Part shown: positions 26,559 to 39,845 of the stretch, in pieces
Position numbering within the stretch: position 1 is the first letter of the stretch
Layout of the letters: the number at the start of each line of letters is the position of its first letter
Assembly: GCA_951406725.2 (NCBI GenBank)
Contig: OX597833.1
Span: 1,736,001 to 1,800,000 of the forward strand
Source: Octopus vulgaris
Lineage: Eukaryota
Length of the DNA: 64,000 nt
Reading direction: 5' to 3'
Position numbers and translations under genes: made by a program
The notes under the pieces: model-generated
Told to the model about the DNA's origin: nothing
What the model saw: the letters and a program-made list of their open reading frames with translations, nothing else
Databases searched by the model: none

Positions 26559-26620
<62 letters not shown>
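26555..26620. repeat. (TTTC)n microsatellite
   Basis: Direct reading. Confidence 0.95.
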
Positions 26621-26621
<1 letters not shown>

Positions 26622-27587
26622 CACAATCTATCTTTGCTTCTCTGTCTCTCTCTACCGACTTGTCTATCTATCGATATATCTATGTATCACTTGATCTATC
26701 TTACAGTACCTGTAATCGTCTCTATTTTCTCTTTCCTTCTTTTCCTCTCTCTCTCTCTCCCTCGCTGTCTATCTATCTATCTATCTACCTATATATCTCT
26801 TTCTCTCTCTCACTCGCTGTAGAGAGAGAGAGTCAGAGACAGACAGACAGAGGTATACTGCCTACACTGTGTTCGTGCTTAAAGCAATACATCTGCTATA
26901 CATTACATTCCTGACAAGTCACGAACCGCTCGTAGCGTGGTCAGTGGAAAACAAACATCAGTCTTTCTCTCTTCACCAACACAGAACCTCACGCAACCAC
27001 ACACACTGTCCACACACACACAGATACACACGCATACACACACACACACATGTACTCTCACATATGTCTATGTAAATATACGTCAAAATTGACATTATAT
27101 AAGTATGTGTCCGTTTATGCGTAAATTTCTTAACCTTCTTGGACACCGTGTCTACAGGTACAGAAATTCGCCTAGCCAAAGCGGGATACCAGGTTCGAGA
27201 CCACCGCGTAACACCTTCGCAAGTGTCATTTTTCTACAGCCTCAGGTTAAGTCATGACATCGATGTGGAATTGTGCAGACAGTAAAAGTATGAAATCCCG
27301 ACGGGTAGATTGGAAATGTAATACAAGTAGGTATAGTCTTGCTTTCGAACTGTGTCATGTTGACTGAGTTTAAGCATTACGTTAAGTGGACAAGAGTGTC
27401 AGCAATTTGCACCTGAATTCAGGAGGAGTTAATTCAATTAATTCTCATTTTCACCATCGAGCGACTGTGACATCATTGGCACATATACAGGGTGTTCCAG
27501 AATTAACTATTTCATTGAAATCTGGCATTTTTTCTAAAATGTTTAACATGTGTTCAAAGTGTATAAATTCTGAATCAATTTTTTAAA

Positions 27588-27775
27588 AACTTTTACTTGT
27601 GTCAGTTATTTGACCGCGGCCATGCTGGAGCACCACCTTTAGTGGAACACATCGACCCCAGGACTTATTCTTTGTAAGACTAGTACTTATTCTATCGGCC
27701 CCTTTTGCCGAATGACTAAGTACACGGGGATGTAAATATACCAGCATCAGTTGCCAAGTGATGGTGGGGAAAAAA
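27588..27775 (-). mobile_element. SINE-A 3' half
   Basis: gcggccatgctggagcaccacc...agtacttattctatcgg. Confidence 0.8.
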
Positions 27776-27818
27776 CACTGATATACATATACATACATAC
27801 ATACATACACACGCACCT

Positions 27819-27872
<54 letters not shown>

Positions 27873-27873
27873 C

Positions 27874-27916
<43 letters not shown>

Positions 27917-28038
27917 ATTGTTATATTTCGGAATGGTCATTTTGCCAGTTTAGCCAATAAAAACACACGCACTATATATTTGGTGTTATTTTGCTTCATT
28001 GTTATTTATTTTTTACATTAATCTTAATCTTATTTCGG

Positions 28039-28078
28039 CCAGAGTTCTTTCGTCACACTCCTGTGACCGCATCAGTGG
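28039..28078 (-). ncRNA. Minimal hammerhead motif (family F), left arm
   Basis: CCA-CTGATGC-G-GTCACA ggag TGTGAC-GAAA-GAAC-TC-TGG; A9C change relative to the canonical core. Confidence 0.6.
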
Positions 28079-28763
28079 TCCTCTTTTTTCTTCTTTCTTA
28101 TTTGTGTCGCTCCTTACTAACCGTCAGCCATTTTGTATTTCTATCGTATGTCTTCATTTGCGCATGCTTATATCTCTATGTGCGTTTATGTTTATTTAGT
28201 GTGTGTATGTGGGGGGGATGCCTGTAATATTTGTATCTTCTGTTTATATATGTTCATGTAATTTGTATTTTGTTTTTGTTGTTTTTGTTTATTCTTATTT
28301 TGTTCATGTATTTACATCCACTTATTATTATCATTACATATGCTTGCATGTATAACAACAATACTAGTAATAATAATAATAAATCGAATCGAAAAAATAT
28401 ATATATATATATTTTTTTTTATATATATATATTTTTTTTTCCGATTCGATTTATCATTATTATTATTACTAGTATTGTTGTTATACATACATACATACAA
28501 GCATATGTAATGATAATAATAAGTGAATGTAAACACATGAACAAAATAAGAATAAACAAAAACAACAAAAACAAAATACAAATTACATGAACATATATAA
28601 ACAGAAGATACAAATATTACAGGCATCCCCCACATACACACACTAAATAAACATAAACGCACATAGAGATATAAGCATGCGCAAATGAAGACATACAATA
28701 GAAATATAAAATGGCTGACGGTTAGTAAGGAGCGACACAAATAAGAAAGAAGAAAGAAAAGGA

Positions 28764-28803
28764 CCACTGATGCGGTCACAGGAATGTGACGAAAGAACTC
28801 TGG
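28764..28803 (+). ncRNA. Minimal hammerhead motif (family F), right arm
   Basis: CCA-CTGATGC-G-GTCACA ggaa TGTGAC-GAAA-GAAC-TC-TGG. Confidence 0.6.
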
Positions 28804-28980
28804 CCGAAATAAGATTAAGATTAATGTAAAAAATAAATAACAATGAAGCAAAATAACACCAAATATATAGTGCGTGTGTTTTTATTGGCTAAACTGGCAA
28901 AATGACCATTCCGAAATATAACAATATCTGTTTCAACACACGACTTCACATAAAAAATCTTGCACAACAAATATTTAAAC

Positions 28981-29038
<58 letters not shown>

Positions 29039-29192
29039 TTAACAATTGAGGATAAAATCTTTAAAAGAAATTATCAGTAGTAAGCGTGAAAAACCTCGTA
29101 AGAGAAAAAATCCGTAAATTCTTCCTCTTTGAAAATATATAAATGAATATAAAAGTATATATATATGAATATAAAAGTATATATATATATGT

Positions 29193-29492
29193 GTGGAGGC
29201 GCAATGTCCCAGTGGTTAGGGCAGCGGACTCGCAGTCGTAGGATCGCGGTTTCGATTCCCAGACCGGGCGTTGTGAGTGTTTATTGAACGAAAACACCAA
29301 AAAGCTCCACGAGACTCCGGCAGGGGTGGTGATCCCTGCTGTACTCTTTCACCACTCTTTCTCCCACTCTTTCTTCTCTTGGCCTGCTCGCTTAGCCAGC
29401 GGGGTGGCGTCATTCGAAGGCTAAAACAATGCGAACGCATTGTGACCAGCGATGTGTAACAACATCCGATGGACTGGTCGGTCACGTGATAT
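29193..29492 (+). mobile_element. SINE family C2 (C head, different tail)
   Basis: Matches C through ...ctctttcaccac, then ggcctgctcgcttagccagc...ggtcggtcacgtgata. Confidence 0.88.
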
Positions 29493-29520
29493 ATCACGTC
29501 ACGTGATATATATATATGTT

Positions 29521-31222
29521 ATAATTCGTCAAGTATGAAATTTGTAGAAAAAAAAAAGTTTGGAATAGTTTTATTCATCAAAGTATGCACCCATATTGTC
29601 AATACACTTTTGCCATTTCAACGGTAGCTTGACCAGCCCGGGACTGTAAAAGTCTGGCAATCTAGAGTCAGTGAAATCTTAGAAGGCCTGTTTTGCAGTA
29701 TCTTCGAATTTAATTGTTTTCCTATCAAAAAGTTATCAAAATTCTGGAAGAAGTGGTAGTCAGTGGGAGGCAAGATCAGGTGAGTATGGTGGATGATGGA
29801 GAATTTGCATCTTCAACTCCTGTTGTTTCGCCAATGTCATTTTTGCGATATGTGGTCTGGCGTTGTCTTGCAATAAAATAGGAGAAAATCTGTCGATAAC
29901 CAAGGCAGCTTTTTTTTTTTTTTTTTTAAGTTTCGGCATCATTTGGTCCAGTTGGCTGCAGTATACATTCGTGATTGATGAGCCAAGTTTAAGGAAATCA
30001 TAATGGATCACACCTACGCCAGACCACCAATCACACGCCATCAGCTTCCTTTCATGAATTTTGCTTTTTGGACTGTGTTTGGTGGCCTCCCACTGACTAC
30101 CACTTCATTCCACAATTTTGATAACTTTTTGATAGGAAAACAAATAAATTCGAAGATACTGCAAAACAGGCCTTCTAAGATTTCATTGACTCTAGATTGC
30201 CAGGCTTTTACAGTCCCGGGCTGGTCACGCTATCAATGAAATGGCAAAAGTGTATTGACAATATGGGTGCATACTTTGATGAATAAAACTATTCCAAACT
30301 TTTTTCTTTTCTACAAATTTCATACTTGACGAATTATAACATATATATCACGTGACCGACCAGACCATCGGATGTTGTTACACATCACTGGTCACAATGC
30401 GTTCGCATTGTTTTAGCCTTCGAATGATACCCCCCCACCCGCTGGCTAAGCGAGCAGGCCAAGAGAAGAAAGAGTGGGAGAAAGAGTGGTGAAAGAGTAC
30501 AGCATGGATCACCACCCCCTGCCGGAGTCTCGTCTTTGTCCAACCATTGTGCTGAACGCTTATGGTTGTTGTATTGGATCCATTTCTCATCACATGTTAA
30601 AAAATGATTCGTTTTTGTGACGAGAAAGTATCATAAATGCAGGCTTCCAATCGTTGCTGTTCCTGTTCTTCATTGAGTTCATGTGGAACCGAATTATCGA
30701 ACTTTTTCACTTTACCAATTTGAATTAGGTGATTCAATATTGCTTGCTTGCTAACACCAAACAACAACGATATTCACGGGCACTTTGAGATGGATCTGAC
30801 TCGACGGTGGATTTTAGTTCGTCATTATCCACCTTTGATTCTGGTCGACGGAGTTGCTTATTTGTGAGGTCAAAGATACCAGAACAAAGTTTTACAAACC
30901 AATTTGACAGTGTCTGCTGTGTAATAACATTAGAATGAAATACTCTATTAATATTCAGAGCTGTTTGTGATGCTCTATTTCCAAGAAAGATCTCATATTT
31001 CAAAACTGTACGAATTTCTGACTTATTCATCTCTAAACAAAAATAACAAAAAACGATTTAAAAAAAAGATTTATAAAGTGCAAAATGAGTTAGAATAAAG
31101 AAATAAATGTGTCAGCATTCTCGCAAAGACTAAAGATTGTCAGAATATAATAATGGCGCCAAATGAGCAACTGTCAAAGTTTACCATATACCTTACTACA
31201 AATTTCATATTTGACGACCTAA
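29521..31222 (-). mobile_element. Decayed mariner (DD34D, cecropia/Hsmar1-like) transposon
   Basis: TIRs ...tcgtcaa.tatgaaatttgtag at both ends. ATG at 31030 MNKSEIR..; motifs VPHEL, TCDEKW, LLQDNARPH, HPPYSPDLA.TDYHFF, GAYFDE*; multiple frameshifts. Confidence 0.9.
30085..30533. repeat. Inverted copy of 29309-29771 inserted inside the mariner ORF
   Basis: Contains the mariner 3' end, TIR and SINE-C2 tail in reverse orientation; the transposase continues on either side. Confidence 0.9.
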
Positions 31223-31231
31223 TATTTATAT

Positions 31232-31390
31232 ATACGACGGGCTTACTTCGGTTTCCGTCTACCAACTCTACTCACAAGGCTTTGGTCGGCCCGACACTAT
31301 AGTATAAGACAATTGCTCTAGGTGCCACACAGTGGGACTAAACACAGAACCATGTAGTTGGGAAGCAAGTTTCTTACCACACAATCACTT
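31232..31390 (-). mobile_element. SINE-A head fragment
   Basis: gtttccgtctaccaa...cacaaggctttggtcggcccg. Confidence 0.75.
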
Positions 31391-31399
31391 TCTCTCTCT

Positions 31400-31446
<47 letters not shown>

Positions 31447-31449
<3 letters not shown>

Positions 31450-32632
31450 GGTGCGTAAGATATTTTACGACATATGTTTATAAGAAGGACAGGTATATAA
31501 TAACAGATAATAACTTTATTTATCAAACAATGCTATGAGAATGGAAATAAACCTTCTTTTCTATAATGTTATTCAATAAACCCATCTTCACTTTCAACAA
31601 CTGCTTCTATATGTGATCTAAGTCATGTACATACTCGGATCAAGTGGTCCTGGTTCATTTTGGACACTACTCTGACTATGGCAGATTTTAAAGAATCTTT
31701 GGTGTTATGAGCGTGTTCATTGACCTCTCCCTCAACAACGCCCCACATGTCGTAGTCCAATGGATTGAGATCTGAGGAATTACGGGGCCAAATTACGGGT
31801 TTATGTGATCATGAAAATTTTCAGCCATCCATTCCTGTGTTACTAGAGCCATGTGTGATAGTGCAGAGTCTTACTGAAACACATATGGCCTTCCATTGCA
31901 TACACTGTCTATCCAGGGTTTAACAATTATTTCTAGGACTTCAATGTAGGCGGCAGAGTTAACTATAAGGCCTTGTGGGAAGAAGTAAGGAAGTATCACA
32001 TGACCTTCCTTGCTGACAACCCTTAAAACCATGACAGTTGTAGGAAATTTTGTATTCATAACACTTGGAACTTCAGAAGGGTCTGCACATAATCTTCTGT
32101 CATTTCTTCTTTTTGGTTTTGGTCGAAGTATTTCTCGTTTGAGAAAAACCAAATCCAATATTCTTCTGTTGGATTTTGCAGTTTGTTTAAGAGCCTTTTA
32201 GATCTGATGTAGTGATTTTTTTTCTTTTTCTCTTCCTTCTGACACATGGAGATGTTTTGCAATTGACCTCATGGATTTTCTGGAACTGTAATCAATGGTC
32301 TGTTGAATTGTTAGATAAATTCAGGTGTTCTAATTACTTCAGAGCGTTTAGAATGCTTTTTATGCTTTAATACTGGTGATACATTTCCATCTTCAGTCTC
32401 TAACTCCTTATAAACTTTGTAGACGTAAGATCTGGCAACTTTTAAAAATCGAGATATTTCCAAATCGCTATTCTCAGCCTTTATAATCACAATAACAGCA
32501 TGCCTCTTCATTTCTTGAGTAATCTGAGAGTCTACCATTAATATTTTCTGAAACAAACATAATATAGAGTTAGCAAAAAAATGCAGCAATGACCCACAAA
32601 ATGGTATGTCCTGAGATACCTTACGCAACCTG
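31447..32632 (-). mobile_element. Decayed Tc1/mariner-superfamily transposon, DD37D (maT)-type
   Basis: TIRs CAGGGTGCGTAAG / CTTACGCAACCTG flanked by TA. Motifs FFSNEKYF, YVFQ*DSALSH and NSSDLNPLDYDMWG; about 37 residues between the 2nd and 3rd D after frameshift correction. Confidence 0.85.
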
Positions 32633-32771
32633 TATATATATATATGTGTGCGTGTGCGTGTGTGTGTGTGTGATGGTGTACACGTTTATTCACACACATA
32701 TGTATATGTACATATATATATATTAAATATATATGTTATATGTGAGTAAACGTGTACACCATCACACATAC

Positions 32772-32829
<58 letters not shown>

Positions 32830-32880
32830 ATGTAGATGCATATATACATTTATATATATATATGTATATATGTATATATA

Positions 32881-32916
<36 letters not shown>

Positions 32917-33424
32917 TGTATGTATGTATGTATGTATGTACTCACATACATACATATGTATGTATCCACACTGATTCAAACACTTTCGAACGCCCTGTTT
33001 ATTAGAAAGCCTCGTTTTAAAACAATTGTAAATACGAAAGAAATAATCTTTTAAAAGTCGGTTGAATTAAAACGGAAGACAGAGCACAATTTATTCTTCC
33101 ATTGTTTATAGTATTTAGATTTCAACTATGTCACGGATGGGTGATTTCTCTAGGATATAAATAAACAGATGCATTATGAAAATTATCCTTTCGCTGTATA
33201 TAGCTTAATTCTGAATATTTGAGAAAGATAAATAATAATAATAAATAATAATAACGTGAAGCAATAAAATCATGTATTCATTTTTAGCTCCTTTTTTCCA
33301 AGATTTTCTGAAATTATGAACTAACTGTTCAAAAATATACGGAATTTTGAATAACAACGGCGTTCCATAGATGATATCGCTCTCGCCCTTAGCCTAACCC
33401 TTTCTTTTACTTTCTCTCTCCCTT

Positions 33425-33456
<32 letters not shown>

Positions 33457-33706
33457 AATCTCGCTCTTATCACACACGCATACGCATATACATAGATGAT
33501 GAACGGATGAATAGATAGATAGATGGATAGACAGACAGATAGATAGATAGATGGTTAAATAAATAGATAGATAGATAAATATGCATGTAATTATATCTGT
33601 ATATCTATACACGCATGTATATATATATATATACTCACACACACACATATATATATACATATTTATATATGTATATATATCATATATATACTCACACACA
33701 CACACA

Positions 33707-33737
<31 letters not shown>

Positions 33738-33753
33738 TATATACACATATATT

Positions 33754-33861
<108 letters not shown>

Positions 33862-33957
33862 CGCACACACACACACACATATATATATACATAGAAATAT
33901 ACATGTGTGTGTTTGTATATATATACTCATATAATTACATACATATTTATCCATGTA

Positions 33958-34662
33958 TAAAAAACATAAAATGGGACAAGAACGCAAAACATCCAGACAG
34001 TTAGGCGATAAAAAAAAGACAACAAAACCTCCAGGCAAACGATACAAAGAAAACAGGGACTGAACATCCGAATTTTTCTTTCCTCAGTCGAGTTCCAGAT
34101 TATTTTTCCAATTTCGGTTGGTTATACTCGAGATTGTTCCAATCTTGCCAGCCCCAGGGAAAAACTAAGCTAAGAGCATTAGATTCCTTGGAAGAAAGTA
34201 TCGAATGTATACGAAAACAAGGACGGATAAAAAACGGAGAAATGTTACACAAATACAAATGCAAATAACAAGACATAACAGGTGTCTTTCGACTAAAGAA
34301 GGAATTATATTAAGCCGGCGTGTGTCGAAGTAAAGTCTTACGGCAGAGACATAAGATTTCACAGGCACAGGGAGGAATATAGATGTTGCACAGATGGTAG
34401 TTGATTCAAGAAAGAAAGGTCAGGCTTGGCCGAACACCGATCACGTCGGGAGAGAAGACAGAGAAGTAGAAGCAGAGGGATAGAAGAATTAAGGAGGGGC
34501 GAGAAAAAAATGAAAAGGACAGAGTGGAGTGAAAGAGGAGAAAAAGTGTGCAGGAAGAGAAGGGAACGAAATGTGAGAGGGGGAACGAAAGCATGAAGAG
34601 GGGAATGAACGATGCAAGTGTGAAAGGGCTGATAGAAAGAAGGAAAGAATACCGCAAGGCGT
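33958..34662 (-). mobile_element. Non-coding element resembling 581-1527 in architecture (possible PLE pseudo-LTR)
   Basis: Pyrimidine-rich 5' part, GAAA-N24-CTGAGGA, T-rich tail abutting microsatellite DNA. Confidence 0.4.
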
Positions 34663-34774
34663 CATTGAATTATAGAATTATAGACCTTAAAACTTGTTCA
34701 TTATATAATTATTCGCATTACATACTGAAACCTAACGTGAATATAATATGAATAATAATGTAATATACACGTTG

Positions 34775-34857
34775 ATAATAATAATAATAATAATAATAAA
34801 ATAATAATAATAAAAACAATAATAATAATAATAATAATAATGATAATAATGATGATG

Positions 34858-34890
<33 letters not shown>

Positions 34891-34989
34891 GCAATAATAA
34901 TAATAATGATAATAATATATAAAAATAATAATAATAATAATAATAATAATGATAATAATGATGATGATGATAATAATAATAATAATAAT

Positions 34990-35025
<36 letters not shown>

Positions 35026-35043
35026 TAATAATAATAATAATAG

Positions 35044-35091
<48 letters not shown>

Positions 35092-35096
35092 TAATT

Positions 35097-35139
<43 letters not shown>

Positions 35140-35249
35140 TAATAAAAAATAATGATAATAATAATAATAATATTAATAATAATAATAATAAATAATAATG
35201 ATGATAATAATAATAATAATAAATAATAATGATAATAATAATAACAATA

Positions 35250-35302
<53 letters not shown>

Positions 35303-35310
35303 TAATAATA

Positions 35311-35366
<56 letters not shown>

Positions 35367-35425
35367 TAATAATGAGAATAATAATAATGATAATGATGAT
35401 AATAATAATGATATTAATAATAATT
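34775..35425. repeat. (AAT)n microsatellite, ~650 bp
   Basis: Direct reading; lies just 5' of a family-D tail. Confidence 0.95.
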
Positions 35426-35460
35426 TCAATTAGCAATAACCACGCCTCGGATTTGCCTCT

Positions 35461-35610
35461 AACATCAAAAATACCTTAGGAATGAGAACCTAGGTTCGAA
35501 GTTTTCCCAAGACACCTGATGAAGGCTAGAGGGTATTTCAGTCGAAACGTTGTGTTAACAACAAACAAGATGAGGACAAATATTTGTTTAATGTAAATAA
35601 TGTAAATAAG
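35461..35610 (+). mobile_element. Family-D tail (hammerhead SINE)
   Basis: aaaataccttaggaatgagaacc...aacaagatgaggacaaata...tgtaaataatgtaaat; homologous to 51900 and 58222. Confidence 0.85.
35511..35556 (+). ncRNA. Minimal type-I hammerhead ribozyme, core intact
   Basis: GACAC-CTGATGA-A-GGCT..AGTC-GAAA-CG-TT-GTGTT; palindromic stem III (ACGT). Confidence 0.75.
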
Positions 35611-36323
35611 TTTTCTATGAAGATGTATAATTCTACATTCTTATTTATGATGTCGTCTGGATTATATACTCAGCATGCGTAATAAAATCCAGTCACACGG
35701 CCTCGGGAAATTGTTTATCGTAAACAATTCTCACTTCGCTATAAATCGATGCGGTTAGCAAGAACGCAGATTATATCAGAATGCTACTAAGGTACCTGCC
35801 CGGTTTCCCAAATCCCTATTATATGTGTGTGTGTGTGTGTGTAGTGTGTATGTGAATGTGAATGTGTTCATAAACGCGCGTAAGTGTGTGTTTGTATGCG
35901 TTCCAGTTTACACTTCTAAGCTCCCAAGAAATTGATGGATGGCTGGAAAAACCCAGCTACATTCTTCATGTCACACGAACTTGTGATAAAGCATTTATTT
36001 GCGTGACAGCGTCCCTTTAATTCTTAAGGCTAATTTCCAATTAAGTTTACCGTTTCGACAGATACCTCGCGCTCTGTTTAATTCAATGCATGTCTAATTT
36101 AATGTCAATTTTTCAAACGGGTCGAAGTCCAGATAGAATTAATCCAAATGTGTTAATCATCTCCGAGTTTGGTTTGACCGAAACAGGATCCTCAATGCCA
36201 GAAGACATATTGGGAAATTGGTTCCGTGATTGTGATGCACCGCCTTCCTCGTTTGTCTCTTAATGGTTTCTTTGTCTTTGACGATTTGAGAATTTAAGAA
36301 GTAATAAAAAAAATACCTTATAT

Positions 36324-36379
<56 letters not shown>

Positions 36380-36392
36380 TGACTATAGCTAT

Positions 36393-36443
<51 letters not shown>

Positions 36444-36444
<1 letters not shown>

Positions 36445-38453
36445 GTTTCTTTATTGGCCACACAGGGCTGCACACAGATGGGACAAGTTACAAGGTAGAG
36501 CTTTTCTTTTGGGGGATGAAGAGAACAAAAAACAAAAGAAAAAAAAGGGGGGTGGCGTAGGTTTTCGATCAAGAGGGATCGTAAAAGGGAAGAAAAGAAC
36601 AAAAACACAAAAAAAATTGAATAAAATAAAAAGAATAAAAAGAAAAAAAAAGAAAAGGAAAAGGAACAAAAGGAAAGAGAAATGAAAAAAGAAGAAAAAG
36701 GGGAAAAAAAGGGGAAGAGGAAAAAAAAGAACGATCAATAGGGATCGTGTATCACAGTGTTATGATATATGGTGTAAAGGGGAAAGCAAGTAAGGTTTAT
36801 CCGTGGGAAGAAAAGCCTACGAAAAAGACCACGGTAATCTTGGTCAATATTGTTATATGTTACCACATTTGTTTGCAAGTGGGTAACCCTCTGTTTTCAA
36901 TTTCTGGGTTCATAGGATTATGCTCAAGGTGGCTTCGTCATTCATACGTGCCATCCTTGCTACATTCACCCATCTTTTTTTAAAACATTCGCTAGACAAA
37001 ACTTGCCTCTCTACTCTCACTTTCCTTTTCAAGTGGTACTTGAAGAAGTTGATGAGAGATTGACCAGAGAGGAAAGTGTTTGTCTCCAATCCTTTCAGAC
37101 GCGTCCACCAGATACATTCTTTCGCCATAGCGACAAGGATGATGAAAATAGCTCTTCCTTCCCGTTTGAAGGAAGGAGGCGTGACAATATTGACGATAGA
37201 CTCAGCTGATAAACCGACTCGTCCCACACGTGACAGCAGTTGTTCGACATAAGCCCACAGGTCGGAAATTGTTGGACACTGCACGAGTGCGTGCAGAACG
37301 GTTTCGTCGCTCTGACCGCATCTCGGGCAGGTCGGCCCCGTGTTTCTCGAGCCGTGTCTGTAGAGCTTATCCCGAACGGGTAGCGCTTCTCGGTAGCACT
37401 GCCAGGCCAGGGATCTCTGGAAGTTGTCCATGGGCCCTGGCCCGAAAGTCGTCCTGAACAGGCGGGTCAGGTACTCCTCGTCGACGTCCAGGTTCGCCCC
37501 GAGCTCGTCGTCGTACCTCCCCTCAACTAATCCCCTATAGAATGCTTTGGTTGTGTTGAAGTCACTCAAGGTCGACCCGGGACGGCAGAGTTGCTTGAGA
37601 GCAACGCGACACTCGCGGTGCCAATCGCCCTTCCTCGGCCTCTTTTTGATCCACGACTGCAGTTCGGTCATGGAGACGAGCTGCGGGAAAGCGTGCCTCA
37701 CAAACGGCGACCACACCTGTTCACCGTCGTCTACATAGAGCCAGAGATGTCGCAGTCTCAGCGCGCGTCTGCGCATCATCAACCACGGCATGCCCAGCCC
37801 TCCTTTTAGCGGGTGTTGACAGCAAATGGATCGCCTGACCATCGGGACGCATCCTTTCGACAAGAAGCGAAAGAGAATGCGTTGTAGACGGTCAGGCAGT
37901 AGTAGATGATGGACGCGATGTACGTGTTCGCCACCTCCACCCGACCTTTTAGGGACAGTTTCCTCTCGGCCCATTGCCGGGCGAGAGTGACCACCCTACT
38001 CGTTATCTCGTTCCAGTTCTTCTCCACTTGGAGGTCCGGACCAAACCAGACCCCGAGCAACTCAACTCGGGCCGTCCGTCCAGCGTCCCACGACGGAGTC
38101 GCTGGTGGACGGCATGGGCTTGCTTCTCCAGGTGCCTAGTCGCAAGCCCACTGACTTTTCCCGGTTGATTTTCGCTCCTGTCACCGCTTCGTAGTTTTTC
38201 AGTGTCTCGCCGACCTGCTCGATGTGCTCGTGGCTAGACACTATGACGGTGACGTCGTCCGCGTATGCAGACACGCTCGTCCCGCATCCCAGTTCTCGCG
38301 GGATGCCCCTCAAAGTTGCCAGCTTCCGCAATAATGGCTCGAGAGTCAATACGTATAGAAGCGACGAGAGGGGGCATCCCTGACCTCCGAACGTGCGATG
38401 TCGAAGGGTCTCGATAGATGTCCATTCACGCGAATTACCGAACGGATGCCTCG
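36444..38453 (-). mobile_element. 5'-truncated L1/Tx1-clade LINE (RT C-half, zf-RVT, 3'UTR) inserted in (GATA)n
   Basis: [22 protein letters not shown] and CPRCGQSDETVLHALVQC motifs; AATAAA at the 3' end; frameshifted; (GATA)n on both flanks. Confidence 0.9.
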
Positions 38454-38515
<62 letters not shown>

Positions 38516-38537
38516 CAGATGGATAGATAGATAGATG

Positions 38538-38623
<86 letters not shown>

Positions 38624-38635
38624 CAGTTAGACAGA
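38454..38635. repeat. (GATA)n microsatellite
   Basis: Direct reading. Confidence 0.95.
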
Positions 38636-39051
38636 TACATGGATAAATATGTATGTAATTATATCAGTATATCTATTACACCCACATCTATATATGTAAG
38701 TATATATGTGTATATATATATACGTGTGCGTATAGATATATAGATATAATTACATACATATATATCTATGTATCTGTCGATTTATCTATCCATCTATCTA
38801 TCTGTATCTATCTATTTATCTTGTCTATCTATTTAGCTATAGTCAATAGAGCTTAGTCTATCGGCTCAGTAAGAGAAACCTTATTTTTGAGGATGATGAG
38901 AGATCTATAACTAATATAGACATTGTATAATTGTCAATAGATAAGGGTTTCGAATCATAAAATATATCTAAGTGAGCTCGTAGGCTAATAATAATATTTA
39001 TATAATACAGAGAGAGGCAGAGGTAGGTAGGTAGGTAGGTAGATATATAGG

Positions 39052-39120
<69 letters not shown>

Positions 39121-39279
39121 TAGTCGATAGCTAGAACGATAGATTGACATATTGAGAGGCAGACAGATAGACAGATACTTATAAATGCATTTGTGGGAAC
39201 GTGTGCAGACATGCGCACACGCAAGTGTCTTTCCATCTTTCCCTTTTAATAGTCCGTGAAAATCATATTATATCTGCTG

Positions 39280-39364
39280 TAATAATGATAGTTACAATAA
39301 TGATGATGATGATGATGATGATAATAACAACAACAACAACAACAACAATAATAATAATAATAAC

Positions 39365-39414
<50 letters not shown>

Positions 39415-39624
39415 TAATAATAATAACAATTATGATCAATTTTTATTGCTAATGATAATAATTAATACTAATCACAGTAATAAAAATAATAACAACAATA
39501 CAAATTATAATAATGGTGGTTTGTTGTTGTTGATGGTGGCGGCCTTGGTGGTGGTAATGAGGATGATAATGATGATGATGATGACAACGATGACGACAAG
39601 GATGAAAATGACGATGATGCTGAC

Positions 39625-39674
<50 letters not shown>

Positions 39675-39762
39675 CGACGATGATGCTGACGATGATGATG
39701 ATGATGATGATGATATTGACGATGATGAAGAAGGTCGATGATGATGATCATGATCATGATGT

Positions 39763-39817
<55 letters not shown>

Positions 39818-39845
39818 AATGATGATGATGATGACGATGACGATA
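39280..39845. repeat. Compound (GAT)n/(AAT)n/(AAC)n microsatellite
   Basis: Direct reading. Confidence 0.95.

Larger units (their letters stand above)
27916..28926. mobile_element. ~1-kb palindrome: head-to-head pair of family-F hammerhead-bearing elements
   Basis: Arms of ~480-490 bp are near-identical reverse complements around a TA/T-rich centre (~28397-28432). Confidence 0.9.

Noticed and set aside
27488-27585. TA|CAGGGTGTT possible Tc1/mariner TIR
   Set aside because: No partner TIR or coding remnant found.
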